NCBI GenBank assembly: GCA_013115125.1
Contig: JABANN010000233.1
Span: 1 to 49,152 of the forward strand
Length of the DNA: 49,152 nt
Origin: Perkinsus olseni
Lineage: Eukaryota
Reading direction: 5' to 3'
Part shown: positions 38,120-49,152 of the stretch, one piece after another
Position numbering within the stretch: position 1 is the first letter of the stretch
How the letters are laid out: each line of letters starts with the position of its first letter
The notes under the pieces: generated by a model
What the model saw: the letters and a program-made list of their open reading frames with translations, nothing else
Told to the model about the DNA's origin: nothing
Databases searched by the model: none
Made by a program: the position numbers and the translations under genes

Positions 38120-39753
38120 CTAGTTAGTTTTCTTCTCTTGCTTGTCACCCTTAATGTCGGCGTTAGGCGGCAACTTGACGAGGTAAATGTCTAAGGCATC
38201 ACAGATATCAGAGAGAGTGGTCTCAGCCATCTTGCAGAAAGTGAGAAAACCGTATCTAAGGTTGAAGAGGGGACATCACAGATTCAAAACTTAGACTGGA
38301 ATACTTACACACAGCAGGCGATCATCACAGTGTTCACCCAAGCAGACGGAATAACCTGATAACAAAATCCTTGTTGTGAACGAGGATGATGATGATGATG
38401 ATGTTATTACGAGAACAAGAGCAGTAGTCAACATGAGAGGCATCAGGGCTTTGCATGCTCTGTTGACGTAGCACTCCTCTACGACGTTCGAGATGAGAAC
38501 ATGCTCAGCGATGAGGACGAAGTATATGGCAACTGAAGGTAAAAATACCCCAACTGGGAATCGAACCAGCGTGGACGATATTACTGGCATGAAGGACGTA
38601 ACCCATTGACGACTTGCCAGTCTTGAGAAGAGCTGCGTCCATGAAGTAAGCGCATGAATACAGAAGTGCCAGGGGCATCAGAGTGTATAGGCGATATCCT
38701 GAAAATGCGTAATCAAAAGGTCCCCGGTTCAAATCCCACCCCCACCTACCGAGGGAAGTATGGACCTTATCCTTGGAAGCGAAAAGGCAAGTTACCACAT
38801 CATATATTGAGAGCATCGACGCACCGATGAGGACAGCATAGCAGAGCAACTGACGATGGGAGGATGGCAGGGCTGGAGGACTGCTGGTGCCTTACCTCTC
38901 CTCGGGTCCAGCCAGCAATGAAGGGCGTCTCCTTGCGGAAGAAATCCTCACCGAAGCATCCACAGATGATGAAGAATAATCCAACCAAGAACTGTGCTTC
39001 AGTTACACCACCAACTTCTAATTTACCAGTATGCATATGGTTCCAGTGGGGCAACCAAAAGCATGACACAACCACAAGGACAGTGGGTACTGCTACTGGC
39101 AGGTCATTAGGGAACTCACCTACAACGGATAAGGTGGGAGGAGAGAGGAGGGAGTACTACTACTACCAGGGGCACCGAGACACCTAGCTACAGTGAGCAT
39201 GAGGATACCCATAGTGCAGGCGTCTACTCCATGGTCCAGTATAGCCCCTAGAGGGGATGATACACCCAACCTACGGGCCTGTTTACCATCCATGGCATCA
39301 AGTGTCTGAGGAAAAGTCAGTTGAAGGCACCACACTACTGTTGCTGTTGTAGTTACTACCTGTCCAGCAAAGACACAGAAGGCTGCTGCGAAGAAGTGCC
39401 AAGCATGGCGGGTTGGCATCAACACTATCAAGACGTATATAAGACAGATGAAGAAGAATCCCGATAGGGTGATAGCATTGGGAGAAATGGTACGGGGGAA
39501 CACCTGACGCGGATGACGATGGGACGCTAAGGGGGCGAGGGGGCATTACATCTGTACAGGCATTCCAAAATGGCATGAATACCATATCCAAAGGAGTATA
39601 TTCACCAGCAGCATACCTGACAAAAACTTGAGCTGTTTTGTATCTTATTAGAGTGAATTAAGGATACTTATGATGTAGGAGCCTGTCCTTGAGTTCATCG
39701 GAGCCCAATTCGATCGCTCGACTTCCAGCCAATGGTATTCTATCCAGGAACAT
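38120..39753 (-). CDS. CEPT: Choline/ethanolamine phosphotransferase (CDP-alcohol phosphatidyltransferase)
   Basis: HKY...TPLD...PFWN...PNAITL; CDP-AP motif DAMDGKQARRLGVSSPLGAILDHGVD; HWNHMHTGKL...GVTEAQ; C-terminal KKTN* (KKXX ER-retrieval type). Confidence 0.93.
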
Positions 39754-39834
39754 GTTGTTGTTGAAGACGAAGAAAAGAGTCAATGATAGTTTATTCAACT
39801 AATCACCAGAAACAACACGATAACAACGACCCTA

Positions 39835-41061
39835 GAACAGTGACCGTAGAAAGCATTCATCAGAGACTGATGAGGTGCCTACACCCAGCCGCATGTTCCA
39901 TGCTGCTAGTGACGTGAAGCCTTCACTGACGCGGCCCAGGGCGGCCTTAACGGGTGACACCACAACACGGCTGTCCCCATCGAGGTCTGCTGCTCAAATA
40001 GGCTCGGTTGTTGCTACTACTGTAGTAGTAGGAGGATGCGCTCGGGAGGATATTCCCTTCGCTACCGTATCCATCACTGCCCCCCCCACTCAGGCATGAC
40101 TGGGCGGCCTTCAACACCGTCAATGACAGGCTAATCCTTGAATATGTGATATCGTCGATGATATTCTGACACCTCTAGCTGCCAATTTGATGGCATGTTC
40201 CGTAGGCTCCTGGGCCTGTAGTATCGAGTGTAGTAATTTTAAGAAGGCCGCGGCCGGGTGAAGTTAGGTCCGGAGGCCGACGGGAGGCGACACTATGAGG
40301 CGATATACAAGGGGACAACACGCTGCACACAATCCGCTGCAGTTGAGCGAAAAATGCATCCGCTGAGGATCGAACCCGGCATCACCTCAATGGCCAAGAT
40401 GAAACCTTTCGTCATCGCAGCACACCCTTAAAGTGCCCATGGAACCCCCGATCATCCACTTCCTGATACCAATGTTGATGATGCTCGAACAAGGCCTCCC
40501 TAGTAACGAGTTGCAGCAGCAGCAGCAGGTAGCAAGTATCGTCTCCATGGGCTCCTGCCCTGGATAAGTACGGGATGACAATGACGAGAAACCTAGATGA
40601 GAAGTAACTCTGTTGATAACTCTTCTGACCCTCGCCTGATAAATTGAAATCATTGCTTCTAGAGTGTTCAGTTGTGCCATAGTTGAGATCAAGGTGACTT
40701 CTCAGACGGGAAGATAGTAGTGGTAGTAGAGGGGATGCAGCAGCATGAGTCAATGCATCCTGCACAGCCAACAGCAGTAGCACGGACAGAGAGAATGGGC
40801 TGAGTTAGAGAATGCATACTCCCCGATCTGCTCACTGGAAGGAGCCCACTCACCACCTGAAAAGATCGCCTGAGGTTCATGACAGGCTGTCATTGACAGC
40901 CATTGGTGGTAGTATCTAGAGTCGAAGCATGTAAGATACGGGATAGCTTCGATCAAAGCAAGCAAGGGTGTTTCATCTAGCACAGTACTGGGAACCTGCT
41001 CCTCCGACGCCCCGTGATCCTCCCTGATAGCCCACACCCTAGCACCCACACTACCTCCCAT
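39835..41061 (-). CDS. Multi-exon hypothetical protein
   Basis: Minus-strand ORF fragments 40750..41061 and 40412..40783 with candidate introns. No domain recognised; the ends are uncertain. Confidence 0.35.
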
Positions 41062-41175
41062 CCTGCTATGGCGACTGGCTGCCTAAACCCACCTTCCCCT
41101 GTTGCCGACGACCAAGTGCCTGCAGGTGCTGATGATGATGAGGCCTCCCCAACACAAGCCCAGTGGTGGTAGAAA

Positions 41176-42601
41176 TCACGTTGGTGGATGCAGGGCCCAG
41201 AGGAAGGCCGCACACTGGCCGAAGCCCATATTATCGAACTGGACTGGGCTACCCACTTGGGTGAAGTTAGGGACTCTGTAAGTGAGATGAGGTAGAATCT
41301 GAAAGGGGGTTGATAACACTATGCTGCACGGAGCTGCAGTACTTCTTTCTGCATGTGACTGGTACGTATGGTCACCACCACACAGAGTGATGACTCATCC
41401 TTCAAAAGGGACAACCAACTCCGCGACCACCGTGGGTAAAGCTTGCGCACCTACGACCACTTGTCAACCTATTTTGCATCTTACACGGAGTAACCTATGA
41501 TGCTACCATAGGATGCGTAAGATGCCTATGTCCCCATGGAGGGTCCACCAACACCAAATCAGCCTTTATCGGAGGAGACCCTCCCGTAAGACCATCCGCC
41601 CCTTTAGCTCCAACAGCTTCACCGCAGTCCAGTACCTGCGCATGATGAAGATTACGGCAGCCCACCGATATTGGGCCTACCTCGAATTTGATGTCCCATC
41701 CTAATCTGGCAGCATTGGCCCTTGCTATGGCGATGGCCTCCTCGTCTGCATCATAACCGTAGAATTTAACAAGTCCTCTGGACGAACCCCGTACTACCAG
41801 GATAAAGTACCTGCAAGGATGGTTTGGTACAGAGTGGAGAGGTTATGATGTTAATACATGGCGAAGAGGTAACTGCCCACACCACACATAGGGTCTGATA
41901 CCACCATCGTACCATCACCCTTGTTATGATGATGATGCATGAGAGCTAGATGACCCACACAGAAGGATACTGCATCAGGTGCACGACTGGCCCTGCCTTC
42001 CTTACTTATTGACATCGCTGAAGTAGACGTACATTGTAGTGGTAGTATTGGTATCATTACCTCTGCTAGCATCCACCTTATCCCATCCACGTTTAGGTCT
42101 CCACCCCACCACTATCCGTAACCCCATCACCCATACTACTACTTCGACATCAGCGTTGCCAGATAAATCGACCGGTGTATCACTACCAATACAGTCAGCT
42201 GTTGCCTTCTCCAAGTCCATAGTATTGAATTCATGTACCACACCATCCGTACCTTCCAACCTGTACCCGGTGACCCTCCATGACTTATACCCCTCCACTA
42301 GAGCACCATCAAGTCCATTCATCGGCGTTAAGGCTTGCCTAACGTCCTTTATGGTAGGCCCAGTTAGCGTCCTCGTATCAGTATAAATGAAGAGGGTGTA
42401 ATAGCACCCCACAGCCCTGAGTTCCCTGGAATCTTCATATCTGAATATGACCGCGTTAACCTCAGGATACTCATCAATAACAGTAGCATGGCAGTGGTGC
42501 TGGAGTTCATAGAGGGCCACCTCCCTCATGCCATGCGGGTAGACACCAAAATACCGCGACTTCCCCTCATCCGCGTCCCGACTACGCTTACGACTTGACA
42601 T
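41176..42601 (-). CDS. THUMP-domain RNA guanine-N2 methyltransferase (THUMPD2/3-Trm14-like)
   Basis: N-terminal GMREVALYEL, THUMP segment SWRVTGYR...VDLSGNADVEV, SAM motif DPMCGVGS, GYD, DLVLVDPPWGHRH, RKLYP. Confidence 0.85.
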
Positions 42602-42725
42602 CAACCACGGTGACCTATGTTGGAGGGCCCTACACATAGCGTTGAGGAGATGCAAGATAGCAAGTGGCCACGCTGCTGCTTCTGCTTCTGCTATACTTGT
42701 GCTCAATTGCTATTGTGAGTAAATA

Positions 42726-43303
42726 ATGGCGGTAATCGTTCCTCGTAATTTTCGACTCCTGGATGAACTGGAGAAGGGTCAGAAAGGAGAGTGTGCCAGT
42801 GGATGCACATTCGGTTTGGAGATACCAGGTAGCCCACGACCGAGGTAACGAGGTCGTTATCATCTATCGCTCTATCAGATGATATTACTCTAACCCATTG
42901 GAATGGTACTATCTTTGGACCACCGGGTACTGCATTCGAGAACAGGATATACTCACTAACATTGGAGTGTGGTCCTGAGTATCCTGACAAGGCCCCTACA
43001 GTAAGTTCGGCAGCTATTAACCGTCGTGAGTTGTGTAAGTTACGGTATCGGTAGGTTAAATTCAACACTAAGATCAACATCAACTGTGCTGACCCTAAGA
43101 ACGGTCATGTTAACTCTAGATGGGGTCCTCTAGGGTCTTGGAAGAGGTAGAAGAAAGAGGATGTTGATGGTCATGAGTTGTTGATGGTTGTTGTTGATTT
43201 CAGGGAGTATACTATCGAAACTGTGTTGGAATCTTTACGCAGAGAGATGACATCGGCTGCCAATAGAAAGCTACCTCAACCTGAGGAAGGTGCTTCCTAT
43301 TAA
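42726..43303 (+). CDS. MMS2: Ubiquitin-conjugating enzyme variant UEV1/MMS2
   Basis: Four exons: [21 protein letters not shown]...[21 protein letters not shown]...[15 protein letters not shown]...[13 protein letters not shown]. Confidence 0.96.
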
Positions 43304-43628
43304 AGTGCATCAACAGACTGCTTTTGTATACCAACCTCTTGGACTGGGGTACCACCTCCTAGGGATGATGATGCTGACTGGTCGTGAGCAGTAATATGAT
43401 GATAATAGACTACGACGACAGGCCAGCATTGCACCCAATATACTTAGCAACATCGTATCTTTCTGTTACAGCAATAACGGCTGGTTGTGTTCCTAGTGGG
43501 GGGGGGGTAATCTCATGTAGGTTGGCAACGGACATGGTTGGAGGAATCTTCTGGTCCACCACCGTTTGCAAGTAGTTTATCATCTTTCGCTGCAGCTGCT
43601 GCCCGACGTTGCCGCTTCTGCTGTTGTA

Positions 43629-44210
43629 ATGGGTTGCTCCATGTCCTTCTGTACTATTGATGACATGCATCATACCTCTCTGTCTCAAAGTGATGACGAA
43701 ATCGCTCAGTCGAAAGACTACGAATCAATGGTATCCTCATCTCCATCAACAACTAGCACGTGTAAGTTGTATCAAGCTTCCTTAATGTTCGCAAATTGCG
43801 AATCGCAATGTTCTTAATGCTCCTCAGATGCCCCTTCATCAACCTCTAGTTGTATCATCAGAGGTTCTTGTCGTCGTGAATCCGATCGGAAACTGCAAAA
43901 GTCAGTATCTTTCAGTGAACCATCAGTAGTCACCTACATCATCCCCCCTTCACACAACTTGAGACCTCTAACACCACCATCATCATATAAGCAACACCAG
44001 CAGCAACAACAACAACAACAACAACAACGCCGAGGAGGAGCAACAGCGGTAATAGCGGACGGAGTCTGTACTCCGCCTAAGGCCCACAGATCACGGCACC
44101 ATCATGAGTGCAAGCCCCTTGTTAATCGCAGTGAAAGGCGGTTTGGTCAGCCGAGGCTAGCAGGAGGCAGGAGAGCTCGTCGCCGTAGATGTCTTAGCAC
44201 TATGGCATAA
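43629..44210 (+). CDS. Small disordered protein with N-terminal MGCxxS and RVxF-type motif
   Basis: Exon MGCSMSFC... joins via a GTAAGT...CTCAG intron (~43762-43827) in frame to ...SCIIR...KSVSFSEPSVVTYII... and ORF 43959..44210. Confidence 0.6.
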
Positions 44211-44604
44211 TATTTGTTCCTGATGATCATGATGATGCTAGTTGTATAACACCATCATTGTCATCATCAATACTACTACTATTGTAGTATAACCCTCATG
44301 AGCCTCCCTCCTGTCGGTCATGTGCTTCCTGATACATGCTATCAGGACTGCAACTAACAATACAACAACAACAACTGCCACTACTCTCAATACCGTTCCT
44401 CCTTTCTACTGTAGGCAACCTCCTAACGTACTTTTGTGGTTCCTAGTACCCCCTTGTACCTATCGAGTTGTGTGATCAAAGCGTGCCTTCTCGATTATTT
44501 ATGCCTAGTCATACTCCTCCCTCCCCTTTGGTCTTGTGTTATTACCACACCTTTGCCAACTCTTGCTGTTAGTACTGTCTTTCCTGATGTCCCACAGTGC
44601 TAAG

Positions 44605-45349
44605 ATGATCACTCTACGCCCCATGTGCATCGATGACCTCATGCGGTTGAATAACATCAATCTGGACTATTGGACGGAGATGTCCGACTTTTTCTACTAC
44701 CACAACGGTGACAATAGCTCCCCCTCCCCTCAGGTATACTACCTCCTTCTATACACACTACTTCACTCGGTGGCCTGAGCTCTGTGTTGTTGCTGAGTGT
44801 GCTGATGGTGAGACTATTGCTGGTTATATAATAGGCAAGGTTGAAGGTAATAATAATAATACGACCCTCGCAACTATCTCATGGTACTTTACGATCAGGT
44901 GAAGGTATGGGGTATCATTCTCACATCTCAGCCTTGTCCGTTGCACCTGAGTTCAGACGAGCAGGAGTAGCTCGGCAACTAGTAGATTACTTTGAGATGC
45001 TCAGCGAGAAGCTGCATGATTGTTACTTCGCTGACCTATACGTAAGAGGCCATCACTCTCTCACTAGTGATGGGCTGTGATGGTCATGGACAGGTTAGAG
45101 AATCGAATACGATAGCAATAGAGCTGTACAAGGCTCGAGGGTATGAAGTATTCAGAACAGTTACTGCCTACTACCAGGGTACACCAACACAAGAGGAAGA
45201 GGATGCGTAAGCAGCAGCAGCAGCATGAACATTCACGCGCATCAAGGGTCGTGTGTAGGCTGGACATGCGGAAGCCTTTGTGTAGAGACAAGGAACGGAG
45301 GTGCCTCGAAGGTGCCGGCAAGAGGGTTAGACCCGAAGATGTTATCTAG
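44605..45349 (+). CDS. NAA20: N-terminal acetyltransferase B catalytic subunit
   Basis: MITLRPMCIDDL...NNINLDYWTE.Y...FYTHYFTRWPE...GYIIGKVEG...HISALSVAPEFRR...FADLYVRESN...EDALDMRKPL. Confidence 0.93.
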
Positions 45350-45683
45350 ACTACTACTACTACTACCAGAATCGCCAGCATCGTTGTTTCTCAATAATAA
45401 GTGTTCTCCCGGAGTACCATGTATTGTGATCAAGGGAGGTCGCTGAAGGTCGTCTATCGCGGAATACTACAAACTAATGAACTGGCGTGTTAGTAATCGT
45501 TATTGTGTTCCCTGTCCCTAGCGCTACTACGCCTACTACCGCTGCTAGCCTAGAATATGACAAGCGCCATGCTCATCGCTATGTTCTTGTCGTTGCTGAT
45601 TGTGATATAGGTCACCTCGTGGAGCCTTAGTTGGCGCGATTGTCCTACTGTATTATTGTAGTTATTACAGTAGTGTTATTCCC

Positions 45684-47924
45684 ATGGCTACTCAATCCTC
45701 TGCTACTACTGATAATGATGATTTAATACCCAATAGGGCGGCGACTACTAGTCATGGTGCTGTTGATAATAATAATTGTGAAGAATGGACTGTAACTTCT
45801 ACTACTAAAGGGGATGACCGCTATGATACCTCTTCCACCTCACCCAAGCACAACAAGGGCAAGTGTGCTGCCTTTAACTACTGGTGTTGTATGATATTCT
45901 GTTGCCGACCACCACATGAGATGAGTGATGAAGAAAGGATTGAATGGGAGAAGAAGAGTTTCTGGGATAAATACAAAGAAGCATTCTTTTGCTTTATTCG
46001 TTACTTTATTATGTTCCTTATTGGTATTGGTATCGGTATTGGTATATTCTTCCTTGTACTCTATTGTATGGGTATTATTGGTGGATCATCTAATAACAAT
46101 AGCAGTTCAAATACTATTGATCTTGGTGAACTACAATACCCGAGTGTAGTACCTGGTTATACCAATTTGAGTATTACTATCAGTCCTGTTGCAGCAGCAT
46201 CAACCTACAATCCGAAGGATTATCTTATTGAAACCCAAGTTGCCTCTGGTAGTGGTGGCAGGAGCAGCAGCAGCAGCAGTGGACGACGTCTCCGACCTCA
46301 ATCTGATGGACCATGGACTGTAGCAATGGAGGTACCATATGATAAGGACCATGCAACTACTGCTACTATAACCGGTCTAACTGCTGGTGAACAGCTACTT
46401 ATCCGTTATAAGATTGAAATGGAGGATGGTCGTGTTAGTAGCCCATCAGTTGCTGTTATGGAGGGCACGAAGGCTCCTACTGCCCCAAGCATCCCTGGTA
46501 ATAATCATAATCATCATCACATAATCTCGTATTATCTCGTCTTATCATATTTCCTTCATCAGGTTTGACAGCATCTGATACGACTGATAGCAGCGTATCC
46601 GTGAGTATTATACCACCCACTGCCGATAACGGTGCGGATATAACTGGATATATCATACAGCATGCATTAGTCAGTAGTACTGATAATAATACTACACCCG
46701 ATAATTGGACTAAGGCTGAGATATCACAGGATGATGCTTCTAAGGTGAGTTGCCGTCCTTTAGTGTCATCGTGAAAACTGCGTTCGGTTTGTCGTCGTCA
46801 GCCCTACACAGTTGATGGTCTATCTTCCGGTCAAGCTGTTGTCCTTCGTGTATCGGCTGAGAACTCCGTCGGTGATAGCGAGTACAGCAAACCCTACTCG
46901 ATGGTCACAGACGAGGCTGATGCATCAGCTCCTGATAAGGTTGGTATTCCTCAATCATTCACTGATTATCCATATGTGATTGTCGTAGGTATCAGACTTC
47001 GCGGTTCAATCGACCACATCCAACACGGCAACGCTCAATTGGACAGCTCCAGCTGACAATGGTGCTATGATACTTCGATACATCATCAGTGATGATGATG
47101 GTGATAAGACGTATACAGTTGATGGTCATGATACATCTTATACTGTAACGGGACTTAGTCGTGGTAGTGATTACACATTCTATATTATTGCTAAGAACTC
47201 TAAAGGGGATAGTCCAAAATCAGATGGTGTATCAACTAAGACAACTGAGAGTTGTGATGCCGATCCACCAAGTAATGTTATGAGACAGACACCATTCTCT
47301 GATGGTCTAAGTGTGAGTTGGAGTAAAGCCAGCAATCCTGAATGTGATCTACCAGTCACTGCTTACCGTGTTATTGATGATGATGGTAATGAACTTTGTC
47401 AACCAGCCACTGATGGTGCTCTATGGTGTGATGTTACCGCCCTTAAACCAAGTACATCATATAATATCAGAGTCCAGGCTAAGAACTCTGCTGGATGGTC
47501 TAAGAAATCCTCCTCCCCCGTCAAGATGTCTACTATCGCTAGTGGTAAGTGTGCTACTAGGGACCAGATTCGATGGTGGGTAACTACTACCAACCCAACC
47601 TACAACTCCATGGACTTCACTGATGCTATCTCCAAGTGCGGCGTACAAGGTCTTGGGAATGCCGATAAAGTCTCCAGCTGTCTTGTTGATTACACCAAGG
47701 ATCCGTCTAAGACTCCCTTCGATCTTCCACCCATTACGGATGACTGCTCCATGTGTTATGGCGTTAACGGCCAGTGTTCAATGAAACACTGCAGCTTCCC
47801 TTGCGGTCTTGGATCCAAGGTTACCTCGCCTGAGTGTCTACAGTGTAACGATGATTACTGTAAGCCAGCCTTCTACTCATGTGCTGGTCTCTATCCAGCC
47901 ATTGCCCCGCCTGATCCTCAATGA
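45684..47924 (+). CDS. Single-pass (type II) membrane protein with about four fibronectin type III repeats and a Cys-rich C-terminal domain, copy 1
   Basis: TM IMFLIGIGIGIGIFFLVLYCMGII. FN3 signatures: WTAPADNGAMILRYII, YTVTGLSRGSDYTFYIIAKNSKG, LKPSTSYNIRVQAKNSAGWS. Three introns between ~46498 and ~46988. Confidence 0.88.
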
Positions 47925-48451
47925 TTATGAGGACCACCAGTGAAGGTTCTATTTTTTGTTTACCATTTCCGAGCACCGATTTGAATTTTCGGATTGATCT
48001 TGTTGCTCGATTATCATCACTTCTCGAATATCCCAATAGCGGTATATTCCCAACAATGTGTTTCGGAGGATTTCGGTGACTTTTGAATGATGATCACCAT
48101 TGATGTTGGTCATGTCTCGGATGTGCTATAACAATTACCTCCCATAACACGTTTTCGTTCCAGCAGCCACCATCCCTTGGCTCTTTGCCTGATATCTTTT
48201 TGCGTTGGTAAGGTTGTCATCATCGCTCTTGTTGTTGTCTTTTGCTCGCGTCTGAGCGATGGTCTGTCAATTAGTTGTGTGCAGTTGTTCTTCTCGGCGT
48301 TTGTAGGCGAACAATTTTCGAGGCTTTTGGCTGTTTTGAGTTCATATGACTTAGTAAGATAGATACTGGTATAAAAAGATCACCTCGTGGAGCCTAAGTT
48401 GGCGCGATTGTCCTACTGTATTATTGTAGTTATTACAGTAGTATTATTCCC

Positions 48452-49152
48452 ATGGCTACTCAATCCTCTGCTACTACTGATAATGATGATTTAATACCCA
48501 ATAGGGCGGCGACTACTAGTCATGGTGCTGTTGATAATAATAATTGTGAAGAATGGACTGTAACTTCTACTACTAAAGGGGATGACCGCTATGATACCTC
48601 TTCCACCTCACCCAAGCACAACAAGGGCAAGTGTGCTGCCTTTAACTACTGGTGTTGTATGATATTCTGTTGCCGACCACCACATGAGATGAGTGATGAA
48701 GAAAGGATTGAATGGGAGAAGAAGAGTTTCTGGGATAAATACAAAGGAGCCTTCTTCTGCTTTATTCGTTACTTTATTATGTTCCTTATTGGTATTGGTA
48801 TCGGTATTGGTATATTCTTCCTTGTACTCTATTGTATGGGTATTATTGGTGGATCATCTAATAACAATAGCAGTTCAAATACTATTGATCTTGGTGAACT
48901 ACAATACCCGACTGTAGTACCTGGTTATACCAATTTGAGTATTACTATCAGTCCTGTTGCAGCAGCATTAACCTACAATCCGAAGGATTATCTTATTGAA
49001 ACCCAAGTTGCCTCTGGTAGTGGTGGCAGGAGCAGCAGCAGCAGCAGCAGCAGTGGACGACGTCTCCGACCTCAATCGGCTGATGGACCATGGACTGTAG
49101 CAATGGAGGTACCATATGATAAGGACCATGCAACTACTGCTACTATAACCGG
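48452..49152 (+). CDS. FN3 membrane protein, tandem copy 2 (truncated by window end)
   Basis: Near-identical to 45684 onward; the reading frame stays open to the end of the window. Confidence 0.88.
   Translation, partial: MATQSSATTDNDDLIPNRAATTSHGAVDNNNCEEWTVTSTTKGDDRYDTSSTSPKHNKGKCAAFNYWCCMIFCCRPPHEMSDEERIEWEKKSFWDKYKGAFFCFIRYFIMFLIGIGIGIGIFFLVLYCMGIIGGSSNNNSSSNTIDLGELQYPTVVPGYTNLSITISPVAAALTYNPKDYLIETQVASGSGGRSSSSSSSSGRRLRPQSADGPWTVAMEVPYDKDHATTATIT

Larger units (their letters stand above)
45612..49152 (+). repeat. Direct tandem duplication, period 2768 bp
   Basis: Identity begins at TCACCTCGTGGAGCCT (45612 vs 48380). The ATGs at 45684 and 48452 are 2768 nt apart. Confidence 0.93.

Noticed and set aside
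40350-40426. tRNA-Gly-like 3' half on the minus strand (CCGGGTTCGATCCTCAGCGGATGCA followed by TTTTT)
   Set aside because: The T-stem is mismatched, and there is no matching 5' acceptor strand or canonical anticodon arm. The segment also reads as plausible coding sequence (GDAGFDPQRMHF) after a GT-AG intron. tRNAscan-SE would settle it.
12939-42601. TAD2 and the THUMP methyltransferase as a tRNA-modification cluster
   Set aside because: About 27 kb apart with many unrelated genes between them.
1-49152. CRISPR arrays, rRNA and transposon/retroelement ORFs
   Set aside because: No repeat-spacer structure, rRNA signature, or RT/transposase motif was recognised.

Overview
Eukaryotic, gene-dense, intron-rich DNA with short (mostly ~40-60 nt) GT-AG introns, many trinucleotide microsatellites and very short intergenic gaps. 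The overall style suggests an alveolate, most likely Perkinsus (inference). Genes sit in same-strand blocks. Manual splicing supports, in order: a processive GT2 glycosyltransferase, a coiled-coil C3HC4 RING protein, TAD2/ADAT2 tRNA deaminase, an aldo-keto reductase, a synaptojanin-type SAC1 + 5-phosphatase, a degenerate S1/P1 nuclease, outer-arm dynein LC4, and a secreted 2OG-Fe(II) oxygenase with an unusual H-x-H metal motif. These are followed by a C5orf34-like protein, a coiled-coil protein, a tandem array of four intronless ABHD/YheT hydrolases plus one pseudogene, a choline/ethanolamine phosphotransferase, a THUMP methyltransferase, UEV1/MMS2, a small MGCxxS + RVxF protein, NAA20, and a tandemly duplicated FN3 surface protein. 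No rRNA, canonical tRNA, CRISPR or recognisable transposon was found. Gene models are hand-spliced, so boundaries are approximate where stated.
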